From Vitrella brassicaformis CCMP3155 (Eukaryota; Protista; Chromerida), in NCBI GenBank assembly GCA_001179505.1, contig CDMY01000113.1:124001-188000 (forward strand): a stretch of DNA of 64,000 nucleotides, read 5' to 3'. A program made the translations under genes and the position numbers. Below the pieces are notes generated by a model that saw only the letters and a list, made by a program, of their open reading frames with translations, ran no database searches and had not been told where the DNA came from. This document shows, in pieces, positions 12,247 through 23,760 of the stretch. The stretch's first letter is position 1; every line of letters starts with the position of its first letter.

Positions 12247-13331
12247 CGGCGTGCCGAAGGTGTGGATGCCTAGCACGTTCTTCTGGCCGAAAGTGGTCAG
12301 GGTGATGCCGGGCGGCTACCAATACGACTATAGCGCTGTGAGGCGGTGGAGCAGCCAGGTGAGCAAAGTCTCATATAGACACACACTTGCAGAATGAATG
12401 GGTATGGGTTGTCTCATGTGGTGTCACCCAGGCGAACGTCAACGTGTTCGACCTGGATTATCTGATGGTGCCGCTGCATGACGGCTATCTGACTAGCGCC
12501 GGGTTCGCCGGCACGCACTGGACCCTCGGCCTGATGGACTTCAGGTACACATGTCCGTCTGTCTGTCTGTACGCATGTATCTGTTTGTGTGTGTGCCATC
12601 ACACCGACAGGCGCAAGCGCATCCGTGTGCTGGACTCTCTGGGCGGCGGCGGTACCAACTGGAGCAAGGAGATCAATGCCACGTGAGCTTGCACACAGGC
12701 ACTGATGGCCAACACGCATGGGTGTATGGCGGCTCTGTGAATGGATGTGTTGCCATCTCTGAAGGCTCTGCCAGTACATCGCCCGCTACCTGCAGGACGA
12801 GCACGCCGACAACTCAAGCGTGAGATGCCGGACATCGCACAGTCGAGCAAGGAAAACGAGGTCAGTGCTTGAGATGCCACCCATCCATTCACCCCTCCGT
12901 CCACACCCCGCGCACACCTATCTATCTATCTACTTGATGCAGGCGCAGCTGCCGCAGCAGACCCACAGCTGCGACTGCGGGGTGTTCATGCTGCTCTTTG
13001 CCTTCCGTATCCTCACCAATACGTAAGCACAGAAGGCTCACGAACACTGAGGTATGCGCACTTTGTCCGCGTATCCACCTGTTGCTGCGTATGTGCAGGC
13101 CGCTGAAGGAAATAAACTGCGAGAGGAGCGGGTCATACGCCATCTATGCGACCGGACAGCGCGACCTCGATCAGGCCGTCCTCATCACAAGGGCGCGGAG
13201 GCTGCTGGTACGGACATAGACGCCCTTGTGTATATGTGTGGAACAGCCACACGAGATGTCTGTGTGTGTGCTGTGGTGTGCTGCAGGCGTTGAGTATCAT
13301 GAGGGGCGAGCTGCCCATGTACACATACTGA
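12247..13331 (+). CDS. Ulp1/SENP-type (C48) SUMO-specific cysteine protease catalytic domain; 5' end uncertain
   Basis: Spliced exons give STFFWPK..VRRWS | ...GTHWTLGLMDF | RKRIRVLDSLGG | YLQDEH | LPQQTHSCDCGVFML. The catalytic His, Asp, oxyanion Gln and Cys are all present in order. Confidence 0.85.
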
Positions 13332-13720
13332 TGTGCGTGTCGGCGTCAGCACAACCCTGCCGCTGATGGGAATGCACTGAGGCCGCCTGAGCATGCTGAT
13401 GCATTGCTGCAAACGAGATCCTGGCGAGAAGAGAAACACGTAGAAAGTTGCCGCCATGCCGCCGCCCGAGTTGAGAATGCCCTCGCCGGCACCAGCAGCA
13501 GCAGTTGCACCAGCAGCGGCGACGAGAGCAGATAGAGAGGCGCCGCCGCTCAACCTCATGATGGCGTCCGCCGCTGACACTGCCGCCGCGTTCGAAAGCT
13601 CAAATTGCAGAGGAGGCGCGCCGTAAGTCACAAGGGAATGCCCGTTAGTCAGCACGCACGAGTGCTGGGTACGGTGCGTGTGCACGGCTCTTTCCATGTC
13701 CGTTTCGGTTTACGATGCAG

Positions 13721-14900
13721 AACTGATAGAGGTGCCGAGATGGCGGCTGGAGAGTTTCGTCAAAGAGCACCACTATTCAAAAGTGAGTCTTCAGGCAGCA
13801 ACAGTGGGGACAATGAACGAGATCCACAATGGTGTCTGTGTGTCTGTGTGCGTGCAGGGGAGTCGAGGGAGTTGAGTGAGGCGCTCGACCATGCGAGGGC
13901 CAGCATCATCAAACTCGAGCAGAGACAGGTGCGACCATGCACAAAAAGTACACCTATGTCGCTCGATGCTCTCTCTCTGCACGCGATGCGATATGTCCAT
14001 CTGCGCATTGTGCATTGATTGATGTGTGCAGACGAGACTCGCGGAGATGGTAGTGCAGCGAGAAGTAAGCAAAGCAGACAGACCTTCACACACAAGACGC
14101 TGGCGCCCCGTACGTCGATCCATCCATCCATCCATCCACATTCATTTGTGTGTATGCTGCCATCCCATCCAGGCCGCCAAGAAGAAGCTACAGGCGCCAT
14201 CTGGTCCCGCGTGCCACTCCTCAAGGCCTCAGCACTCAATCTGCCCGTCAAGTGCGACCGACACCCATCGCCCCTGCTGCAGCAGATCTTAAGCAAATGC
14301 CACCGAGTGGCGCTGTTGAACTTCCGGATGAATGACCGACGGACGCGCATCAAGTGCGAGCAGCAGGTGGAGACTGTCGTGGAGAGCTTCCCTCGACTGC
14401 TCGACAACAATGGAGATGGGTTATGACCCTTGGACGGTCATCCGTGAGTCGCCGTGGGCGCAGTCGACTTTCGGGTCGTTTGTGCTGGACCCTGATGAGA
14501 GGGTCTACCCCGCTGCGGCGACGGCCGTGCTTCGGGCGGTCATCATTGGCAGTGATGTGGGCAGGCAGCTCCAGTCGGTGACCATCAGCCACTTCGTCCA
14601 GGTGAGATCGCTGCGCTCGAACGAGAGGTGCCTACCGCACGCACGACACTGACTGACAGGCATCCCTTCATCTCTGTGCGTGTGTGTCAGGCCTCGAGAA
14701 TCGCTGCCTTCATTTTATATTGGTTGGGATCGATTGCCCCCTGCCCCGCACCAGAACGGCCAAGAAGAAAAGGTAAACATAGAGAGGAGGGGGAGGGAGA
14801 AAGAGAGCAACATATTGTTCTATCTCTCTGTCTCTGTACGGCTGCTCGTCGCCGCGGTTGTGAAGAAAGCGGAGTAGCCACCATGCCAGTGGCGTCAGAC
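13721..14900 (+). pseudogene. Spliced hypothetical gene with apparent frameshifts
   Basis: Series of clean GT-AG-bounded exons (about 13721-13776, 13858-13928, 14032-14066, 14172-14620, 14691-14771). The long exon needs two frame changes to stay open. Confidence 0.35.
14700..14720 (+). other. Dispersed 21-nt motif variant ATCGCTGCCTTCATTTTATAT (copy 2)
   Basis: 19/21 identical to the consensus. Confidence 0.8.
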
Positions 14901-15044
14901 GATAGCCGCTACCGCGGCTCGCCCACATAGGTATGCGCAACTGTTCGTGAGCTGCGTATGTGTGCAGGCCCCTAAATGAGAAGCGCGTCGTACGCCATTA
15001 TCCCGATCCTGAGATCGGAGAGAGAGAGAGAGAGAGAGGAAAAA

Positions 15045-15834
15045 ATGCCCGCTCGCACGCCTGCCGCCGCTGCCATAAGGCAGAACCTCATGAGTAATGG
15101 GATTGACGTCCCCGACGTCTACGCCGACTCCAGGGGGGTTTTCGTGTCCAGGTACGTATCAGCGCATCAAGCGCGAGCACCCAACAGTGAGCAAGGATGT
15201 CAGACACACCGGTACACTGGCAGGCAAGAACATCAACAATTCTTGTTTGCGCACGTACTGCAGGAGTGCAAGGCCTTCCTTGAGTCGGTCCGGGGGACGC
15301 TGGAGGGGCAGGACATGAAGATTATGATCAACAAATACAAAGATGACATGGAGAAGGTACGTGCCTACATCATGCGCACATCAATCCGGTCACACAATAC
15401 TTGAGGCTCTGAACTGTGCTGTGCTGTGCTGTGCTCTCTGGGCAATCCGCCGTTCTGCAGAAGGAAGCTGCCAAGACCTCCACCGCCCACCACAACCAGC
15501 ACCAGCAGCAGCCTGCCGGCAGCCCTGCTGGCAGCACCAAGAAGGTGCTCGTGAGGGCTAAGGAATGGGGTGATGGCGCCGATGGCTATTATGCCAGCGC
15601 CCTCACCCAGTGGGACCTGGGCCACTGGGAGCGGCAGGGCGGCTTGTGGGTGGTGACGTGGACGCCGCCCACGGCCGCCTGCTGCTGCATGGAGGCGGGG
15701 AGGGCGGTGGTGAGGGGCGGAGTTCGGGAACAATGCAGCAAAATGAATCGTCGGCTGCGGATGCGTCAACCAGGGGGTCAACGGGTTTGAAGGGTATCTT
15801 GAAGAGTGCGGCTACCAAGCCATCCATTCAGCGA
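15045..15834 (+). CDS. Tandem family unit 1 (MPARTPAAAAIRQNL...PDVYADSR...), 3+ exons, hypothetical
   Basis: ATG at 15045. Exon pattern matches units 2-4, with introns ending about 15262 and 15460. Trp-rich third exon. Confidence 0.55.
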
Positions 15835-16284
15835 GTATGCAGCCGTACTCAGACAGGTCAGCTCACCATCAGGCCGTCTGTGAGGCATGCAAACAGTCTT
15901 TCTTTCTCGCCTGTGGTTCTTGCAGCAAGCGATTCGGCTGTACCACTATCTCCCCCCCTCTCTCCTGCAGCAGGCGCACACCCTCCCCAACCCACGCGAG
16001 CCCATCCCAATCCCCCTCCCCCCCACCGACAGACGACGCACCAAGCCAAACGACGCCACTACCAGCACCCAATGCGTTTCGTTCTGCGGCCGGCTGGCCT
16101 ACCGTCTCGCCGCCGCTGCTGCTGAGAAGGGTCCGCAGCGCAGTGACCGTGCCAGTGACCGAGGCAGCAGCCGGCTGCCCCTTCTCATCCCACCGCCCAA
16201 CCCCACCTGCGCCCACCACAGCGGCAGCAGGTGGGGCGCAATTGTGAAGGAGAAGGAGAAAGAGAAGGAGAGAGAGCAAAGACG

Positions 16285-16968
16285 ATGGCCACACGCACAG
16301 CCGCCGCTGCCGCCATAAGGCAAACACTCTTGAATAGGGGAATTGCTGTGCCGAACATATACAGTGACGAGCGCCTCGCGTTCACGGAGAACTTCCTTCG
16401 GTTCAAAAAGGACCACCGTGAGGTGAGGAGGGCAGAGGGGCGCATGCGCTATTGCGCAATGGCACCAGGGGCATCGACGACATTCATTCGTTTTGTTCTC
16501 TCACTGCAGGAGTACGCCCAGTGGATGGGCTCGCTGCGCCGCACTCAGGACGGGCGGGATGTTGGCGTGACGCAACTCGAGAACCTTCAGCGACATGAGA
16601 GGGTACCAACATCAGGCGCACATCCAGCCACACACCCAGCACCTGACACGCTGTGCTGTGCTGTGCTGTGCCGTGCCGTTTTGCAGAAGGCCGCCAAGGC
16701 CGCCAAGGATGCCACTGCCAGCACCACCCGCCAGCAGCAGCAGCAGCACACGCAGCAGCAGGCCACACCAGACGCCACTGCCGTTAGGCCACACAGGACC
16801 CCACCCACCATGTGTGGCCCCACCATCACCATGCCGCAGCCATACCACCGCCTCCCCCCACCCCTCCCCCCCACAGACGGAGGCACCGAAGCCGCGCAGC
16901 CCGGTCCGGGCTATTATGTGCAGGAGGTGTTGGTGGACAACTGGGGGGAACCAGTGGCCAACTCTTGA
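16285..16968 (+). CDS. Tandem family unit 2 (MATRTAAAAAIRQTL...PNIYSDER...), 3 exons, hypothetical
   Basis: ATG at 16285. Introns GTGAGG...CTGCAG and GTACCA...TTGCAG. Open frame to TGA at 16968. Confidence 0.6.
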   Translation: MATRTAAAAAIRQTLLNRGIAVPNIYSDERLAFTENFLRFKKDHREVRRAEGRMRYCAMAPGASTTFIRFVLSLQEYAQWMGSLRRTQDGRDVGVTQLENLQRHERVPTSGAHPATHPAPDTLCCAVLCRAVLQKAAKAAKDATASTTRQQQQQHTQQQATPDATAVRPHRTPPTMCGPTITMPQPYHRLPPPLPPTDGGTEAAQPGPGYYVQEVLVDNWGEPVANS

Positions 16969-17461
16969 GTTGCCCGATGTGTATGCCGATGACCGCCGCG
17001 CCTTCACCAAGAAGGTCCTTCGGTTCGAGCAGGACCACCCGAAGGTGAGGAGGGCAGGGAGGCGCATGCAGCATTGCGCAATAGCTCAGGGGCATCGACG
17101 ACATTCATTTGTTTGTTTCCTCACTGCAGGAGTTCGCTCAGTGGATGGAGTCCATGCGCGGCACTCAGGAGGGGCGGGAGTTTTGCGTGAGGCAAGACGA
17201 GTACATTGAGCACCTGCAGAAGGTACCAACATCATGCGCACATCTAGCTAGACACGCCAACACGTGATACTCTGCGCTGTGCTGTGCGGTACCATTTTGC
17301 AGAAGAAAGCTGCCAAGGCCGCTGCCAAGAAGCTCAGCCCCACCCACCAACAGCACACCAGCCAGCAGCAGACCACCCAGTCACCAGCAGCCCACACAGA
17401 CCCCCGCCCCAGCAGCGGCCACCAGCGACCCCACCATGCGCCCAGACGCCACTGCCGTTAG
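16960..17461 (+). pseudogene. Tandem family unit 3, 5'-truncated
   Basis: Begins ACTCTTGAGT-TGCCCGATGTG, lacking the ATG and about 13 nt present in unit 4. Exons 2-3 and both introns are near-identical to units 2 and 4. Confidence 0.55.
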
Positions 17462-17966
17462 GCAAAAACTCTTGAGTAGGGGTTTTGACGTGCCCGATGT
17501 GTATGCCGATGACCGCCGCGCCTTCACCAAGAAGGTCCTTCGGATCAAAAAGGACCACCGTGAGGTGAGGAGGGCAGGGAGGCGCATGCAGCATTGCGCA
17601 ATGGCTCAGGGGCATCGACGACATTCATTCGTTTTGTTCTCTCACTGCAGGAGTTCGCCCAGTGGATGGGCTCGCTGCGCGGCACTCAGGAGGGGAGGGA
17701 CGTTGGCATCATGTTGGTCAAATTCAAGGAGGACCTGAGAGAGAGAGGTACGTCAGACGCACATCTACCCACACACGCAACACCTGACACTCTCTGCTGC
17801 GCTGTGCGGTCCCGTTTTGCAGATGAGGGAGGCCAAGGATGCCACTGCCAGCAGCACCACCCGCCAGCAACAGCAACAAGAGACGGAGAGCCGCGAGCGT
17901 GAGCGTGAGCATCCGGAGCGTCAGCATTCGGCCCCCCTCGCCGCCTTCGTGCACCAGGGAGCTTCA
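17436..17966 (+). CDS. Tandem family unit 4 (MRPDATAVRQKLL...PDVYADDRRAF...), 3 exons, hypothetical
   Basis: ATG at 17436. Same exon/intron structure and near-identical intron 1 sequence as units 2 and 3. Confidence 0.55.
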
Positions 17967-18035
17967 GGTACGCACGCAGACACAGCGCCCGTGTTCCGTC
18001 CGTCTGTACACATGTATTCATATGTGTGTGTGCAG

Positions 18036-19410
18036 ATGGCTGTTGATCAATCGCCGCCTACATTTTATATTTCGATGTCTCGGTAGTCTGTTTGCCCTGT
18101 TTGGGAGCGAACGGCACTTGCGGCGTTTGGAGATAGCCGGCAATACCGCCACCACCACCACCACCAGCAGCTGCGCCAGGTAAGTATCAGGACACACTGA
18201 GGGAGAGGTGCGTGAGAGTGCAGCACCACAGGCGAGCAAAGGACACAGGCGTACCTTACTGCGCGTCATCTGTCCATCATCGTCGTGTTTGTGTGTGGGC
18301 TGTCGGTCTGTCAGGTCAGTCGAGAGGACTTCAATAGCAGCAGCAGTAGCAGCAGCCGCCAGCCCAATCGGAAGCCATTCATGCCCCCCACCGCAGCAAG
18401 AACGAGTGGTTTGAGATACACAGCACGGCACCACATGCTGCAGGTATGAACCAGAGAGGACACAGTGAGGGAGAGGTACATGAGAGCATCTCATCTATCT
18501 CGCTATTCCGTCGTGTGCGTAGGCGCCCACCCCAGCGGTGGCCTGCCGACGTTGATGGGGCCGGGCAGCTCTCGGAGCAGCACGGCGGGACCACCAGGTT
18601 GACTCAAGGAAGGACAAAGACGATGACAAGTACAGGAATGAAAGGACTGACTGCCCATCTTTGTGTGTGCAGGTCCGGGGGTGGTACAGAGGCCGTCCCC
18701 CTTCTCTGCATCGGCGCGAAGCGGGGCCGCCCATCTGGTCTCATGACATCCGCCCATCATCCTCCGACGGCAGGAACGAGCCCCCTCGCCTCCGGGGCCT
18801 CCGGCGCCCCTCCCGCCGCGAGACAACAACAAGCCTTACTACGGAAACAAGAAGTAGATGGCGTGAGTAGAGCTGCTGGGCCGATAGGTAAGAGAGACGA
18901 GCAGTGCACATATGGAAACAACGGAGGGCGGGACGAGGGAGGGAGGGAGGGAGGGAAGGAGGGAGGGAGGGAGGATGAACGGACTGGTTCGTGTAGCCGT
19001 GATGGAGGCACTACTATGGAGCCCAGACGCTCTCCTCACGTGATGGAAGCCCACTCGCCCCAAGGGCGGGCCTCACCTCGACACGCCATCATACCAGAAA
19101 GCAAGGCAAGGCAGGGCAGGAAGGAAGGCCATACATTACATGTCCAACACCTACATAGCTATCTGTGTGTCTATCGATTGGCAGGCCAAGGGACATCTCC
19201 ATCCCGGCGGTACCGGTGCGGCCCCGTCGTGCAAGAGAGCTGATCGGGCTCCACCTGCTACGGCCTCTCACGCTGACGCCCAGAGCGACCCAGCAACCAC
19301 ATGAGCCGACCAAGGGCGGCAAGCAGCAGCAGCACCATCATCTCCGCAGCAGGACCCCCCCACCCTCTTAAGCTCACCAACGATCCACCAGGCCCGACGT
19401 GACGACCATG
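18036..19410 (+). pseudogene. Low-complexity spliced hypothetical gene or gene remnants
   Basis: Several GT-AG-bounded segments with GC-rich coding-like composition. No consistent long frame or domain was recognised. Confidence 0.25.
18050..18070 (+). other. Dispersed 21-nt motif (copy 3)
   Basis: Identical to the consensus. Flanks also resemble copy 1 (GCTGTTG..., ..TGTCTC). Confidence 0.85.
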
Positions 19411-20115
19411 CACCTACAGCAGCGCAAGCGCGAGGCGGTCGTAGAGAAGGGCCGACGAGAAGCACCCCACCCACCACCCACACCACATAGACAGAGGGGA
19501 GAGGATGGCTGTTTCTTGTTTTTGTCTATCTATGGTATGGATGTATGGTACTTAATTAGTGTATTGTATTGCTTTTGAGTCATCAGCCCTACTCGGCCTA
19601 TTCTTTTTGTCCCTCCGTATGGTGCGTGACGATACTTTTTTTTGTGCCTGGGTGTGGTGTGTGGCTGTCCTCTCCCCGTCTGTTTGCTTATGTGCGTCGG
19701 CTTTAATGTCGTTGACCATCCGAGTGGTGTGGGTGGTGGTGCTTCTTGTCTGTCGGGGGCGAGGGATCTACGGGCTGGTGGTGGGTGGATGGGTGGCCAA
19801 ATGAGTGGTGTAAAACAGGGGCCTGCCGGGGGGTGTAGGCAGGGGTGTCTGCCTTTTGTTAGCTCTCTTTGCTCTCTTCTTCCAAACTGACCTTTGATGC
19901 GATGCGTGAGATGAGCTGCGTGGAGAGGCGTGAGCGTAACGCCATGCCATGCCATGCATGTGTCGTGTGCATCCGTCCATGTCATGTCGACCGACTTACT
20001 ACTGACTGACTGACTGCGTGGTAAGCGCGTCCCTGCTCACACAGGCAGCTCAGAGCCCGACAGGTGGAATGTCTGTCTGGCTGTCTGGATGGCCTGCCGG
20101 GGTTGCTGCTTTCAA

Positions 20116-20136
20116 ATCGCCGCCTACATTTTATAT
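20116..20136 (+). other. Dispersed 21-nt motif (copy 4)
   Basis: Identical to the consensus. Confidence 0.85.
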
Positions 20137-20403
20137 TCTATGGCTGTGGTTATACAACTGGATGAGACACAGTGTGTCTTAATGCTTGACGGATGTATGT
20201 GACGCCGTGTGGATGGAGATTATAAAGATGTGAAGAGCATGAAATTTAAACTTGCATTGGCTACAGATCAGCTACTGAACAGACGGCAGCATTGATGCAG
20301 GGTGTCATGTCGTGTCTCATCGTCTTGCTGGGCCGAAACCAACAGACCTACAGGCAACCACGGGAGCCACCAATACTCAGCGGTGCATACGCGATAGGCT
20401 TGC

Positions 20404-23400
20404 TTACCCGCCCAGCAGCTGCTCATATCTCTGGAAGCCTCCCGATCGCACCGTGTCAGTGCCCTTGAACGCACTCATTTTGCTGCTGATCCTGCTGCCG
20501 TGCCGAGAGCCCGACCGCCGGCCGCGCGATGCCTTGGATGCACGAGACGCACCGCTGCTGCCCTGCACGCAACAGACACACATGAACACACAACATCGAC
20601 CACCACGTAGACCGTTCACCGACCTGCGAGGCTGGTCTCTTCTCGTATCTGCTGCCAGGACTTGAGAGCCGCTCAGTGACGCTGCCGCCCAGTGTGCGGC
20701 TGGTCTTGATGGCCAGCTTCTCGTGCAAAGGCAGGTCTATTCCTGCAGGCGGGGCGTCACGAATCTTGGCCAGGTCGATTTTCGGAAACTGGAACTGAAC
20801 CTCCGTCACCCCAGCAGTGGGGGAGAGCTCCTCTGCGAAGACACCAAACGTACCGGGACATACATGTGCTGGCAAGGAGACATGTACTTTGTGTCTCTCT
20901 TTCACCTGGCCGTATGAGTTCATGTTGCAGCCGGCTCCTGGGGCTTGTGAAACCGACCTCTGGCGCACCGTGGTCGGCGAATGCTGGCTTTGAGCCTGAC
21001 GGTGTGATGTTCTTGAAGCTGATCGACGGGCGCATGTTGAATCCTGAGGAACGTGCAAGTCGACAAACTCTGTCTTTTGCTGCGCAAAGCCTACCTGGTG
21101 TCTTCCTGAGGTATCTGAGTGTCCCGTCCAACTCATCGGCAATCTCATCAATCGAAGTCACCGGCAGACCCCTACATTCACGCGTCAAGACAGACGGAAT
21201 ATTCCCATGTCTTTGGAGACCGAGGGGCTTACCTGTGTCCTTTCTGGTCCTCCTCGGTCACTGACATCAGACAGAAAGCGAAACCGTGTCTCCCTTGCGG
21301 TGTGTCTTCTCCCGGCGCTTACACAGTGCATGCTTGGACCGTCTTGCCTCCTTTTCCACGTCCATTGCGGCCGACGTGAGGGCGAGGGCACCGCCAGCTC
21401 CCACCAGACGGCCTGTGGGAAAACCAGAGGTCGTTGTCGCTGCCATTTTTCTGTCTCATCACACACCAGGAGTTTTCCGGGGACCAATGGAGAAGGAGCT
21501 GTAGGTAGGCTTCACATCGGAGTAAAACGTCTGTACACCAAACCCATACAAATCTACCTGCCTGTCTGGGTCTGCGCGTCTCGCCTTCCCCTCTCACCGT
21601 CGCCTTCTTGTTGACGATCGCATCAAATAGCCGCGGCCCATTCTTCATGTTCGCATGCTCAATGAGGTCTGACGTCCATCTCTTCCGCGCCCTCTTGGGG
21701 GCCGCCTTGCTGCTCTTGAGTTTCATGTGCACCTCGTGAGGCTCCAGACGCGACGGTCTCTTGCCGGCTGCAGGGCTCTCATCCCCCCCTGCCAGCGGCT
21801 CGATCGGCGCGCCTTCGATGGCCAGCTGGAAGGGCTGTGGCTTGAAGAGGGGGGAGGGAGGGGAAGGCTCCTCGGCTGCTGCAGGAGGCGCAGGCTCTTC
21901 CTGTAGAGGTGGCTTGGGGGATGAGGCCGGACGCCACCATGGGTTTTGTGATGTAGTGAAGCCGGGGATCTCTCTCGCCTGAGGCCTGAAGTGGGCCTCG
22001 TTGTAGGCTAGCTGCTCGCACTTCTGCTGCTCCTGAAACGCAGCGAGTAGACGAAGTGTGTGAACGTTGCTGTCTGTTGGTGTCTCACTTTAAGCTTGCT
22101 CCTGGTCTTCTCTTTGGGTGGCGGTGGGGAGTATCCCAGCGCCTGCTTTACTCCGCCTCCTGCGGGAATAAGTTCCAGTGCTGCCTCGTGAGCCCTTGTC
22201 GCCTCTGCACAGACACAGGCGATCGATCGCATGCGACTGCCGGTGCGTGTTGCACCTTCGATCTGTCTCCTCATTTGCGTGCGTCGCTCCTCCAGGCATT
22301 CGGTGCGCGTGCGCCCAGCGGCAGGGATAGTGGATGCTGCAGCAGCGGCAGCAAAGATGCAGGCGGGAACGTGAAGGTCACCATTGAGCTCTTGATATCT
22401 CCCACTGTCTCACTTGTGCATTCGAGGCGTTCCTTCTCAGCCTCCCTCTGAGGGTCAAGTGGGGCCGGCAGCTGCGAGAGACCTGACAGGAGGAGAAGAA
22501 GGATATGGACACACGTGCCCACCAGTGGTTGAAGACTTTTCTCTCTATCTGACCGAATCTGGGTCGGAACGATAGCTTCTCAGCGTTGAGGCGCTGACGA
22601 GGATTGACACCCCTGATGGACAGCAAAGATGAACATTAAACTCGCAAAGCTGAAGATCAACTCACGTTGGCTCCTGTTTGAGATCGGACTGCTGTGCCGG
22701 CGGCTGCGGGACGAGGGGAGGGTGCTCCTGCTCCCACTTGATTGCTCGTGCCTCAGCTGTCTGCTGCATCTCGGCCTGCACACACCCATATGCACACCCA
22801 CACAGACACCAAGACTCCCAAGGACAAAATGAACAGGCACCTTTCGCTGGCGAATGAGGTCGCCCCTGGTCGCATGGCGAGGAGTCTTCTCGGACAGCGG
22901 ATGGGGCGGGAAAGAGGCTAAAGGGGAACAAGGGAAACACCCGCCCGCACCTTCTTCATTCAGCTTGCATAGTTGTCCGACCTCACCGAGTGGGTCGGTG
23001 TCTTTGCCGTCGGGGAGCTCGCCTAAGGATTGCACCACGCCCTGCCGCTGGAACACAGGGTAGGGCCGCGAACTGCCCATCTTGTCCCATCCGAACTGAT
23101 ACTTGGACAGCCAACCCTGCACACAAGTGAGAGCCATGAATCTCACATGTAGGGCATGAGAGAGCGATACAGGCCCTAAAACCTACGTCATTGAGAGCCT
23201 GTTTGCAGGTCTGCATCTCCTGCTCGTTAAGCACGCCATCTCTGTCGGCGTCAAAGCACTTTGCAATGAAGAAATCCTTGCCGGACACCCCGCCATCGCG
23301 GTCTGCAGCACATCCGACAGATCATAATGTCCTTTTTTTCCCTCCTGCTTTTCCATCCATACCTATGTCAAACGAAGGGTGGGGAATCGTCTCGGCTCGT

Positions 23401-23552
23401 CTTTTCTCTAGCAGCTGCGTCCTCGTTGCAATGGCAGGCTGCCTCGTCCATTCCTCCTTCGGCTTCTCGCTGAGCACTGCCCCCTTGTCCTTGAGCGGCA
23501 CACGGGCGTGCGTGTGGCCATAAATGGTGTAGTTGGGCACCAGCACCTTCAT
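20404..23552 (-). CDS. Multi-exon hypothetical protein with a paired EF-hand-like region
   Basis: ATG at 23552 (MKVLVPNYT). HPSFDI|DRDGGVSGKDFFIAKCFDADRDGVLNEQE gives two Dx(D/N)xDG loops. Downstream spliced exons run to TAA at 20404. It could be two genes. Confidence 0.55.
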
Positions 23553-23760
23553 CGAAAAGAAAAAGGGGAAGGGAGAAGAAGACTGGGGGCGAGCTCGCCA
23601 GCCCCCGGGGCGAGCCTTGACTCAGAAAGGGCTTGAGGGAGGCCACAATCGGCGTTTTGTGGTGGGCAGAGGCGCGGACGCGATAGGCGAACCGAAACAC
23701 GAGCTGAATTCGCGAGAACCAAGTGACTGCCGCCTCCGGACTCGACACGCAGCGTCATCC

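Noticed and set aside
12810-12862. Frameshift in the Ulp1 gene
   Set aside because: An alternative donor AGC|GTGAGA at 12820 restores the frame to AQLPQQ, so no indel is required.
13185-13697. Ala-rich hydrophobic minus-strand ORF
   Set aside because: It overlaps the Ulp1 3' end and has no supporting motif or clear start. Insufficient evidence.
15045-17966. CRISPR-like or simple satellite array
   Set aside because: The repeats are about 500-bp spliced gene units with introns, not short repeats with unique spacers.
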